From NCBI GenBank assembly GCA_965198115.1, contig OZ240241.1, forward strand, positions 352,001 through 416,000: DNA of 64,000 nucleotides, written 5' to 3'. The DNA is from Candidatus Latescibacterota bacterium. Its GTDB lineage: Bacteria > Latescibacterota > UBA2968. Shown piece after piece: positions 1 to 10,000 of the stretch. The notes beneath the pieces were generated by a model. That model was not told the DNA's origin. It searched no databases and saw only the letters and a list, made by a program, of their open reading frames with translations. A program made the translations under genes and the position numbers. How positions within the stretch are numbered: position 1 is the stretch's first letter; each line of letters starts with the position of its first letter.

Positions 1-1
1 T

Positions 2-397
2 TTTGTCTGGAGATCCGATCTGGTCTACGACTCGGCCAAAGCATCGGCCCGGTGGAGCGTGTTGAACGACCTGATCGGGGTGCTCGTGATCGATTCTCAC
101 GATCGGCTACGAGCGGCCTGGACCCGAGCGCAGGCCGACGGTCTGACGGACGAGGAGGTGCGCGTCCTGTGTGCGGTACCCGTGTCGGAAAGCGCCGCGC
201 TCGAGCTGGGAGCGACGTGGAGGACCGACCCGCGTCTGAGAATCAAAAAACTGGATGAATGGAGCGCCTTCGCACGGGACAAGTACGGAGATGCCCGAAG
301 CGGGTGGGCCCGCGCTTTCGACGTTCTGACGCTCGTGTTTCCGCTTCTGATCGCTGTCGGGACCGTCGTGATGGTGCGTCGGACCGGGGGTGTGTGA
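2..397 (+). CDS. 3' part of an ABC transporter solute-binding protein with C-terminal membrane anchor (partial, runs off window start)
   Basis: Frame open from base 2 (FVWRSDLVYDSAKASARWSVLNDLIGVLVIDSH...) ending in hydrophobic VLTLVFPLLIAVGTVVMV-RR; lies upstream of ABC ATPase and permease genes. Confidence 0.6.
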   Translation, partial: FVWRSDLVYDSAKASARWSVLNDLIGVLVIDSHDRLRAAWTRAQADGLTDEEVRVLCAVPVSESAALELGATWRTDPRLRIKKLDEWSAFARDKYGDARSGWARAFDVLTLVFPLLIAVGTVVMVRRTGGV

Positions 398-407
398 GGC
401 TGTATCG

Positions 408-1364
408 ATGATTCGGATTTTTTCCTACTCACGCGAGTCGAACCGGATGGAGACGCCCGACATCGGCGAACTCCCCCGTCACCTCGCCGATCGGGGTCGC
501 ACGATCTGGGTCGACCTGGAAGACCCGAACGATGAAGAAACGGGCGTTCTGGGTGGGATCTTCGGGTTCCATATTCTGGCTGTCGAAGACTGTATCGACG
601 ACGCCTATCTCCCGAAGCTCGATCGCTACGACGGCTACACGTATATGATCTTCCACGCAGCGGATCCCGAAGGACGCGACCGTTTCCAGGCTCAAAAGGT
701 GGATGTGTTCGTCGGCCCGAATTTTATCGTGACGCATCATCGTTCCGAAATCAAGGGAATCTTCGATACACGCGGTGTCGTCGCAAAAAATCCGGGCACG
801 CTCCTTCGGTCGGCAGACTGGCCGTTGCACGGCATCCTGAACGCGATGATCGACAATTACCTCCCCGCCGTCACCGGGTTGGAGTCGCGGGTCGAACGTG
901 CTGAGGCGGCTCTGTCGGGCGGGGATGTCGACGTGGCCGACCTCGTGCAGGCCAGTCGCGAGCTCCTCCTCCTGGAGCGGCTGGCGAAGGAGCAACTTCA
1001 GATCTTGACGACGCTGGCGACTGAGTCCGATTTCGTGCACGACGACAATCGCGTTTACTTCTGCGACGTCGCCGACCATTTGCGGCACATCCACCATCGA
1101 GCGGACTACCACGGCACGCTGGCGTCGGCGGCGGTTGCGGCGGCGACGGCGGTCGAGTCTGGCGGCACGCGTGTCGGATCCAAGGCGACGGCGGCGTTGG
1201 TCGTCGCCCTCGTGCCACCCGTGTTCGTGACGACGTATTTTTCGACGAACTTCGCGCAGCTGCCGGGTTCGGAATTCGGCCAGGGGCCGATCGTGGTGGC
1301 GGCAGCGGCCCTTGTCTACGCGGTGTGCGTCGTTCTGGCGTTTCGCCAGAGACGTTGGCTATGA
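408..1364 (+). CDS. corA: CorA-family Mg2+/Co2+/Zn2+ transporter, atypical signature (FSTNF instead of YGMNF)
   Basis: WVDLEDP, FGFHILAVEDC, PKLDRY, FVGPNFIVTHH, YFCDVADHL motifs, two C-terminal TM helices, ends FRQRRWL. Confidence 0.85.
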   Translation: MIRIFSYSRESNRMETPDIGELPRHLADRGRTIWVDLEDPNDEETGVLGGIFGFHILAVEDCIDDAYLPKLDRYDGYTYMIFHAADPEGRDRFQAQKVDVFVGPNFIVTHHRSEIKGIFDTRGVVAKNPGTLLRSADWPLHGILNAMIDNYLPAVTGLESRVERAEAALSGGDVDVADLVQASRELLLLERLAKEQLQILTTLATESDFVHDDNRVYFCDVADHLRHIHHRADYHGTLASAAVAAATAVESGGTRVGSKATAALVVALVPPVFVTTYFSTNFAQLPGSEFGQGPIVVAAAALVYAVCVVLAFRQRRWL

Positions 1365-1377
1365 ACGGGGAAGAGAC

Positions 1378-2475
1378 GTGGTCAGCGTAGTCCTCGAGCA
1401 AGTCACCAAGCGGTTCGACACCGTGATCGCGGTCGACCGGGTGAGTCTGGAGGTGGAGGCCGGAGAGTTCTTTTTCCTGCTAGGCCCTTCCGGCTGTGGG
1501 AAGACCACGCTGTTGCGCATGATCGCGGGGTTCTACCGCCCCGAGGGCGGGTGCGTCCGGTTCGGCGACCGGGATGTGACGGATCTGCCACCGAACCTTC
1601 GGAACACGGGCATGGTGTTCCAAAACTATGCGCTCTGGCCGCATATGACGGTTCGAAAGAACGTCGAATACGGTCTGGCCATGCGGGATGTCGGACGGGC
1701 GGAGATGGACACACGCGTCGACGTTGCTTTGGAAATGGTTCGGATGCGAGCCTACGCCGACCGCTCGCCCAACCAGCTGTCCGGTGGCCAACAGCAGCGT
1801 GTGGCGTTGGCGCGTGCCCTCGTGATCGAGCCCGATGTCGTGTTGATGGACGAGCCGCTTTCGAACCTGGACGCACGTCTTCGGCTCGAGATGCGGGAGC
1901 AGATCCTGTCGCTTCACGAGGAGATCGGCACGACGATGATCTACGTCACGCACGATCAGAAAGAGGCGTTGGCCATGTCCCACCGGATGGCGGTGATGGA
2001 TTCGGGGCGGGTCGTGCAGGTGGGGACGCCGCGGGATTTGTATCAGCGTCCTGCGTCCCGTTTCGTGGCGGACTTCATCGGCGAGATCAACCTGATTCCG
2101 GGAAAACTTCTGGACGCCGGATCGCAGCAGGGCGTCGAGACCGATCTGGGTACGCTCACAGCCAGCGAATGCCCGTCGGGGTTGGCGAAGGGGGACGACG
2201 TGCTGTGTGCGATTCGTCCCGAGGGTCTGTCCTTCCTCGAAGGCGAGGTGCCGCTCGGCGACAACTCGGTTTCGGGTCAGGTTCGAACTGTGATCTACCT
2301 GGGCGAAGTCGAGCAATACGTGATCGAGCTCGTCGACGGAACGCAGGTGAAGATGGTCGAGCACGATCCGGTGACGCAGCGTGCCCAACCGGGTGAAGAT
2401 GTTCGATTGCGCTTCAGTCCCTCGCGCGTCGTCCTGCTTCCGGCACGAGGAGAGGGCGATGCTGAGGCGCTATGA
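1378..2475 (+). CDS. ABC transporter ATP-binding subunit (FbpC/PotA type, C-terminal TOBE-like domain)
   Basis: Walker A GPSGCGKT, signature LSGGQQQRV, Walker B VLMDEP, H-loop YVTHDQ. Confidence 0.95.
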   Translation: MVSVVLEQVTKRFDTVIAVDRVSLEVEAGEFFFLLGPSGCGKTTLLRMIAGFYRPEGGCVRFGDRDVTDLPPNLRNTGMVFQNYALWPHMTVRKNVEYGLAMRDVGRAEMDTRVDVALEMVRMRAYADRSPNQLSGGQQQRVALARALVIEPDVVLMDEPLSNLDARLRLEMREQILSLHEEIGTTMIYVTHDQKEALAMSHRMAVMDSGRVVQVGTPRDLYQRPASRFVADFIGEINLIPGKLLDAGSQQGVETDLGTLTASECPSGLAKGDDVLCAIRPEGLSFLEGEVPLGDNSVSGQVRTVIYLGEVEQYVIELVDGTQVKMVEHDPVTQRAQPGEDVRLRFSPSRVVLLPARGEGDAEAL

Positions 2476-4147
2476 TCTGAGTGTCGGGACGGCGGTCTTC
2501 CTGGGCGGACTCCTGATCTTCTTCGGTCTGTTCCTGTTCTACCCCCTCTGGTATGCCTTCCTGAACGCATTCTGGATCGACGGCCGGCTTTCGTTCGAGT
2601 TTTTCGAGTTCATGCTGACGAACCCGGTCTACGTCGAATCGATCCTCAACAGTTTCCGTCTGGCGATGGTGACGACGATCGTGACGACCTTGGTCAGTCT
2701 GCCGCTCGCGTTTCTTCTGGTCCGTTATGATTTTCGCGGAAAGGGTCTGGTGAACGGGCTGTTGCTCGTGCCGATGGTGCTTCCGCCGTTCGTCGGAGCT
2801 ATCGGCATGCGGCAGATGTTCGCCCGGTTCGGCTCGGTCAACCTGCTGCTGATCCAGGCGGGACTGATCGACGAGCCGATCGATTTTTTCGGGGGCGGTG
2901 GGTTTTTGGGTGTGGTTGTGCTCGAAGTGTTGCATCTGTATCCGATCATGTATCTCAACGTGGCTGCAGCCATGTCGAACATCGACCCGAGCATGGACGA
3001 GGCAGCGCGCAACCTCGGGAGTCGCGGCTTCCGTCTGTTCCGGACGGTAACGTTCCCGCTGATGTTGCCCGGTTACTTCGCGGGCGCCATCATCGTGTTC
3101 ATCTGGGCGTTCACAGATCTGGGCACGCCGCTGATCTTCAATTTCCGGCGCGTCGTGGCCGTCGAAATTTTCAACTCCATTTCCGACCTGAACGAGAACC
3201 CCGTTGCCTACGCACTCGTGGTGCTGGTCGTTCTGCTGACGATCTTTTTCTTTTACATTTCCAAGTCGGTGATCGGCGGGCGTCGATACGAGATGATCGC
3301 CCGTGGCCACGTAGCGGGCGCGTCCCGGCAGGCATCGACGGGTATGACGTGGCTGATCTGGGGTGTGATGGTGGTGCTGACGTTCCTGGCGCTGTTGCCC
3401 CACATGAGCATCGTCCTGACGTCGTTCACCGATCGATGGTTCATGTCGGTCTTTCCGGAGTCTTATACGCTCTCGCACTACGGAATGGTGTTCGATCACC
3501 CTCTTTCCTCGTCCAGTATTCAGATTTCGCTGCTGTTGAGCGTGTTGAGTACGATTCTGGACGTGATTCTGGGGATTTCGATCGCCTATCTGCTGTCTCG
3601 TACGAACGTGCCGTTCAAGGGTGTGATAGATGGTATCGCCATGCTGCCCCTGGCGCTACCGGGGATCGTGCTCGCCTTCGGTTACCTGGCGAGCTATTCG
3701 GGGACCTTCCTGGATGCGAGGCACTTTCCATTGCCGTTGCTCGTGATCGCCTATGGGGTCAGACGGTTACCTTACATGATCAGATCCGCCTACGCGGGCT
3801 TTCAGCAGACGAGTGTCGCGCTCGAAGAGGCCTCGCTGAACCTGGGGGCCACGCGGATGCGGACGATGTTTCAGATCACTTTTCCGCTGATCCTGGCAAA
3901 CCTGGTCGCCGGCGGTATTCTGTGTTTCTCGTTCGCCATGCTCGAGGTGAGTGACAGCCTCGTACTGGCGATGAAGGACGAGTATTTCCCGATCACACGA
4001 GCGATCTATGCGCTGATGGGTCGGATATCGGACGGAGCCTATATCGCGAGCGCCATGGGTGTTTTCGGTATGCTTTTGCTCATGGCGAGTCTCTTTCTCG
4101 CGGGCCGATTCCTCGGGCGGCGTATGGGCGAGCTATTCAGAGTTTGA
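2459..4147 (+). CDS. ABC transporter permease, fused double-domain FbpB-type (iron/thiamine class)
   Basis: Many TM segments; two EAA loops (MDEAARNLGS, LEEASLNLGAT); overlaps the ATPase stop. Confidence 0.92.
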   Translation: MLRRYDLSVGTAVFLGGLLIFFGLFLFYPLWYAFLNAFWIDGRLSFEFFEFMLTNPVYVESILNSFRLAMVTTIVTTLVSLPLAFLLVRYDFRGKGLVNGLLLVPMVLPPFVGAIGMRQMFARFGSVNLLLIQAGLIDEPIDFFGGGGFLGVVVLEVLHLYPIMYLNVAAAMSNIDPSMDEAARNLGSRGFRLFRTVTFPLMLPGYFAGAIIVFIWAFTDLGTPLIFNFRRVVAVEIFNSISDLNENPVAYALVVLVVLLTIFFFYISKSVIGGRRYEMIARGHVAGASRQASTGMTWLIWGVMVVLTFLALLPHMSIVLTSFTDRWFMSVFPESYTLSHYGMVFDHPLSSSSIQISLLLSVLSTILDVILGISIAYLLSRTNVPFKGVIDGIAMLPLALPGIVLAFGYLASYSGTFLDARHFPLPLLVIAYGVRRLPYMIRSAYAGFQQTSVALEEASLNLGATRMRTMFQITFPLILANLVAGGILCFSFAMLEVSDSLVLAMKDEYFPITRAIYALMGRISDGAYIASAMGVFGMLLLMASLFLAGRFLGRRMGELFRV

Positions 4148-4148
4148 T

Positions 4149-5117
4149 GTGCTGGGCGTCGCCGCGATTCTCGCGCTGATCTTCGTCGTGATCTGGCGTT
4201 TGACGGCCCCTCGTTCACCGGGGCTAGAAACGGGTGAGGTCAGTGCGCCGGAAAGGGACGTTGCTTCAGAGACGTTCGATCTGATCGCGGGGGACGCCTC
4301 GACCTCGAAATTCATCCACGAACGCTCCGGGGCCGTCGGGGAAATCCTCGTCGACCTGTTCGATCGTATGGGTTTGCCTCGAGCGGACGGTGTGGAGGCG
4401 GTCAGAGGGTTGGGTTTTTCGGTCGTGTCCGAACAGCGCGATGTGCCGTTTTCGCCACGGGTCGTATCCTACAGGGCCACGGTGCTTCGAGCCGCCATCG
4501 AGCGCGGTCTTCTGGTCGGGATCGAGCTGGCTCGAAGGGACGACGACTACGCGTCGGTCGGGGACGACGCGTTCGACGAGTCCGTGCTGGCCGAACACGC
4601 AGAGCAGATCGAGCGCGACCTGTTCGATGAAGAGACCCGGCAGAAGCAGCTCTTCTTTTCGCGCGCGGTCGTGGCGTTGCAGGATATGGTCCAGTCCGAA
4701 TCGGAGGAGGGCCGTCGCTCAACCCTCGGGCAACTCCTTGAGTGTTTCGATCGTGCGCTCGAAGGGCTGCGGACGACGATGGATACGAAGATGGCCGCTG
4801 TCGAGCCTGCCGAAGGATTGCTCTGGGGTGACTCGGCCGACAGACGGCTCTACTATTTCAAGATGGGTGTGACCAACAGTCTCCGCCGGTCGGGTGAGAT
4901 CGCGAGTCTTGGCCATCTCTACAGGTATCAGGGTGTGAACTACGACGTGGCCGAAGCTTACGATCTAGCGGGACAGGAGATTCCGGCGCTCAGGCAGGCC
5001 GAAGGTCTCGGGATCGACCGGGTGCTGACGATGCGACCGGATGAAGTCCATTCGCTCGTCGGACGCGGGCTCCCACCGTCGACCCGTGGCGATGCTTCGT
5101 TCGAAGGAGAATCCTGA
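4149..5117 (+). CDS. hypothetical protein with N-terminal membrane anchor
   Basis: Long ORF directly after the permease, VLGVAAILALIFVVIW anchor; start codon uncertain. Confidence 0.65.
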   Translation: MLGVAAILALIFVVIWRLTAPRSPGLETGEVSAPERDVASETFDLIAGDASTSKFIHERSGAVGEILVDLFDRMGLPRADGVEAVRGLGFSVVSEQRDVPFSPRVVSYRATVLRAAIERGLLVGIELARRDDDYASVGDDAFDESVLAEHAEQIERDLFDEETRQKQLFFSRAVVALQDMVQSESEEGRRSTLGQLLECFDRALEGLRTTMDTKMAAVEPAEGLLWGDSADRRLYYFKMGVTNSLRRSGEIASLGHLYRYQGVNYDVAEAYDLAGQEIPALRQAEGLGIDRVLTMRPDEVHSLVGRGLPPSTRGDASFEGES

Positions 5118-5121
5118 AGTC

Positions 5122-7034
5122 GTGGATGACGAAAAAGTATCGATCCTTCTTCCCGTTCCGGCAGGTGAAGGCGATGACGATCCCTGTCAGGCAACGCTGC
5201 ACAGCATTGCCTCCCAGTCCTATCCGTCGACGCTGATCGAGATCTGTCAGGTCCAGTATGTGGAGGACGCCCCAGAAGGGCGGACGTCGGCGCTCAACGC
5301 GGCCCGTGACAATGCGAGCGGGGCCTACCTCGTGCATACGTCGCCCGGGACGACGTGGGATCCTACGAAGATCGAAAGACAGGTGTTACGGCTCGAGGAG
5401 GATGGGACACGCCACGCGACGGCCCACGAAATGCGTGCGGCGCCCATCGGGACGGCATACCACGGACTTTACGCTGCTCCGCAAACTCGGTCTTCGCGTG
5501 GGGAGCCTGATTCGACCCCCCTGGGAATCCGGAAGCCTGATGCTCCGCGCGGACAGAGCCGAAAACCTGGGCGCCTATCGGTATGTGGCGGAGGCTTCTT
5601 GGGAACACGCGGTTCGCCTCGCCTGGAAGGATACGGAGGTGGATCTGGTTTCCGAGTTTGGGAGGGATCGGAACCACCCTGATCGAGGTGGCGGATCTTC
5701 CCGGCATACGGTCGACCTACGCCGATCTGGCGGGGTCGACGTTCGATTATGCAGAATGGCGGTTCGCCCGTCGCGGTCTGAACATCTCGACCGCCGACGT
5801 GACCGATCCGGCCGTCCTGGATGGTGGGCAGTACGACGTCATCACGTGTTTGGACGTGATCGAGCACTTGCCCGATCCGGAGGCGGCCGTCCGGCGTCTG
5901 GTCTCGCTGCTGCGTCCGGGTGGACTGCTCGTGCTGACGGTCACTTTCTACACGAACGAACAGGGCCCCTTCCACCTGAACTGTGACAAATACACGAACG
6001 AGTCGTTTTACGAGATCGTAACGACGCTTGGTATGCGTGAGCTGACGCCATTCGCGCCACGCGTATTCCAGAAGGCGGAAACAGCCGTGACGCGGGCCCA
6101 GGCTTCGACAGGACCGACCTTCCACACCCGGAACGAGGTCGAGCGGTTCCTCCAGGCGTGGTCGGGTGATGTTCGGCTGAACCTGGGATGTGGAACGGAT
6201 CGGCGCGAAGGCTACATCAACGTCGACGCTTACGTGGAGACTGCCGATTTGAGGATGGACGTTTTCGACCTTCCACTCGAAACCGGATCCGTCGACGAGA
6301 TCGTCTCCTCGCACATGCTCGAGCACCTCGGGAAGTATGAGGTTCCGAAGGCGCTGGCAGAGTGGCACCGCGTCCTGAAGGACGGCGGTCGCATTCAGCT
6401 GAATCTGCCCGATCTGGAATGGATGGCCCAGCATTGGCTGGATCAACCGGAAGCCGAACGCTGGGGCTGGACCCTCGACGCGCTTTACGGTCTGCAGACG
6501 CACGCTGGAGAACACCACAAGACGGGCTTCACGGTTGCGCGGGTCGAGCAGTTGCTCTCGGAGGCCGGATTCGGCCGTGCCGTGGTGACCTCGACGTGGT
6601 CACACGGGGTGAAATGCGTTTGGGCGGAGGCGGCAAAGGGCGTCGGTGGTTGTTCGACCGACAGCAACGTGGAACCCGAACGGTTCGCGACGCAGTTCAC
6701 GAGAGACCTGTCCGAGCTGTTCCCGTATGAGTCGTCGGATGTCGAGGCTTTTCTCGAAGATGACGAATGGCGATTCGGGTTCGTGGCGTTCGAGTACCTG
6801 ACGGCCGATGGCAGTGTCCGAGGGGTGAGCGTCGCGCTGAAGCGGGACGACGGACAGATGGTGCTTCAGGGTCTTCGCGTGGGCCAGGACCGATTGTCGT
6901 TCCCGAGCTACCTCGATGGGTTGACTGATGCTCAGCGTGTGAAGATCGGAGACTGCATCGGGTCGGCGCTCCAGACCGTGACGAGCAGTCCCCCCCCATC
7001 GGAACGATCGATTCGTGTTCGCGAACTTCGGTGA
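5122..7034 (+). pseudogene. GT2-like glycosyltransferase fused to two class I SAM methyltransferase domains, frameshifted (~5440, ~5660)
   Basis: VSILLPV...SIASQSY (GT2 start); GGIGT..YDVITCLDVIEHLPDP and LNLGCG..GYINVD..SHMLEHL methyltransferase motifs spread over three frames. Confidence 0.75.
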
Positions 7035-10000
7035 GGACGGTAACCTCGGGCTGGAGAAGACGGGTGAGCGCGTGATTCCGGGTCTGACCGAGCTGTCGCT
7101 CTATATCCCCCACGTCAAGCGTTACCTGCTTGCGCAATCGTTTGCCCGCGGAAAGCGTGTGCTCGACGCGGGTTGTGGGTCCGGATACGGCACGAAGCTG
7201 CTGGCCAACGTGGCCCAGTCCGTCGACGCCGTCGATATCGACCCCGAGGCCGTGTCGTTCTGCCAGTCTACGTTCGCCAACGATCGAATCGACTGGTCGG
7301 TCGCGGATCTACGATCGTTCGAGCCCGGAGAAAAGGCCTACGATCTGGTGACGTCGTTCGAGGTGATCGAACACCTGACGCGGGACGAAATCCCCGCCTA
7401 CCTGGACCGCATCCGACGGTCCCTCAACCCCGATGGCGTGGCTTTGATCTCCACACCGAACCGGCTCGTCGCCGAACAGTGGCAGAATCCGTTCCACCAC
7501 GCGGAGATGACGCTCGAAGAATTTCGGGAGACGTTGTCGGCAGCATTCGACGTGCAGGCCATCCTGGGCAAGGCACAGTGGTCGCCGCAGACCGAGCTCC
7601 AGGGCCAGTGCGCCATTTCGCGAAGGCTGACGGACGAGGATGACATGTTCATCGCTGTGTGCGCTCCGTTGCCCACACCGGTGAAATCGGATGTGCCGTC
7701 GAACGGCCGGGTGTCCCACACCAGTGCGACGGTGGATATCGTCATTCCGCTCTATAACAAAGCGGCCTACACGAAGGCCTGTCTGGAAGGACTGGAAGCG
7801 ACGCAGGGAGACACCGCCTACAACCTCGTCCTCGTGGACAACGCGTCGACGGACGAGACATCGACGCTGCTGACGCAGTGGGAGTACCGCGCCGATGTCG
7901 TCCGCAGTCCCGAAAATCTGGGGTTTGCCAGAGGAAACAACCTGGGAGCATCCCGTGGACGAGCCCCCTACGTGCTGTTCCTGAACAACGATACCGTCGC
8001 CGAAGCCGGGTGGCTGGACGCGCTCGTCCGTGAAATGGAGCGTGATCCGGCGGTCGGCATCGTCGGCGCGAAGCTGCTCTACCCGGAGAAGCGGGATGTT
8101 CAGCACGCAGGATTGGAGATCGTGAACGGCTCACCCGATCACGTCTTCCGCCACGCCGCCGAGAACGACCCGCGTGTTGTCGAACCACGAGACCTGGACA
8201 TGGTGACTGGTGCGTGTCTGATGATCCGTCGCGATCTGTTCGAGGCCCTGGGTGGATTCGATGAGGCGTATGTGAACGGCGTCGAGGATGTGGATCTGTG
8301 TCTCCGGGCACGCGATCGAGGCTATCGGGTTCGCTATTGTGCGTCCTCGGTTCTGGTCCATCACGAAGGGACGTCGGAGGGCCGCTACGACCACGTCCAG
8401 CCCAACCTGATCAGATTTGCCCAACGCTTTCAAAGTCGTTTTGATGGCCAGGGGCGATTCATACCCATTCTGAAGGCACCAATACCTCGAGACGGCGACG
8501 AGGAGAGCAGGCGTGGCAATGACTCGCCTGCTCGACCGGCGCACGAGGCCGAAGGCCGGCACGCCAGTTCGCCGGTGTTCCGCGGGGTCTGGGAAGGCAC
8601 GCAGTTCGTACACCACAGCCTGTCGATCGTGAACACGGCGCTGGCATCGGAACTGGTCGGACGCGACGACGTCGAGCTGAGTCTCGTTCCCTACGAGCCC
8701 GCTGGCTTCGGCCCCGAGGTCGATCCGGACCGTCTCGGCCCGGTTGCAGCACGGCTGAATGCGCCCCTTTCGGGACCGCCACAGTTCCACGTTCGGCACA
8801 GGTGGCCGCCCGATTTCGCGGCGCCGCCGAGCGGTCATTGGATCGTGATCCAGCCGTGGGAGTTCGGCAGGATTCCCCGAGCGTGGGTCGAGCCGATCCA
8901 GACCAAGGTCGACGAAGTCTGGGTGCCGAGCGAATACGCCAGACGATGCTACATCGACAGCGGCATCGATCCGGACCGTGTGTATGTCATTCCGAACGGC
9001 GTGGACATCGAACGATTCCATCCCGAAGCCGAACCGGCGAAGCTGCCCACGAAAAAGACGTTCAAATTCCTGTTCGTCGGGGGCACGATCTACCGGAAGG
9101 GGATCGATATTCTGCTGGAGACCTACCGCGAGACCTTCACGTCGGAAGATGACGTCTGTCTCGTGATCAAGGGTATGGGCGACGAGAGCTTCTACAAGGG
9201 TCAGACGGCGGGAGACACGATCAGGGAGATCCAGACGGATGAGACGGCACCCGAGATTGTTTACCTGACCGAGACGATGGGTGACGACGAAATCGCCGGG
9301 CTCTACACCGCCTGCGACTGTCTCGTGCATCCCTATCGCGGCGAAGGTTTCGGCATGCCGGTCGCAGAAGCCATGGCCTGCGGTCTGCCCGTGATCGTGA
9401 CAGAGGGTGGGGCGACCGATGATTTCTGTAAGAGGGAGACAAGCTACGGTGTGCGGTCCAACAGACGCCCGATTGCCTTCCAGGAAGAGACAGCCGGGCA
9501 GACCTGGTTGCTGGAGCCGGATCCGGTCCACCTGGCCGAGCAAATGCGCCGCGTCCTGGCCGAGCCGGAAGAAGCGGCGGACCGGGGTCGCGTGGCCAGC
9601 GAGCGAGTCCGAGAGAGTCTCACGTGGACGCACGCGGCGGATCGCATCGTCGAACGGTTGTCGGCGCTCAGAGGCCAACCGGTTCGTCGGGAGGCGCTTG
9701 CCGAGTCGGCCGGGAGACGAAACGGAAAATCGCCCCTGAACGGAAAGGCAGACAGCGCGAATGGTCGTGCTCACGATGCAGAGCGCCCGGAGTCCGTAGC
9801 GGCGGGTGATACCGTCGACATTCTCTCATTCGAAGGACCTGCGTGCGATGCGCAGTGGGTCGATCACGCGCTGAAGACGCGCACGGTGGTTTCGATCGCG
9901 GCTTGCCACGACATCCGGCCCGAATCGAACGAGACGATTGGGGCAGCATTGAATCGCGTGCTGGACGACGTGCGCTCCGAGTATCTCGTTCTGCTGAGGT

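Noticed and set aside
8131-9774. long antisense ORFs (e.g. 547 aa here, 513 aa at 35894-37435)
   Set aside because: Shadow frames of GC-rich genes with no motifs
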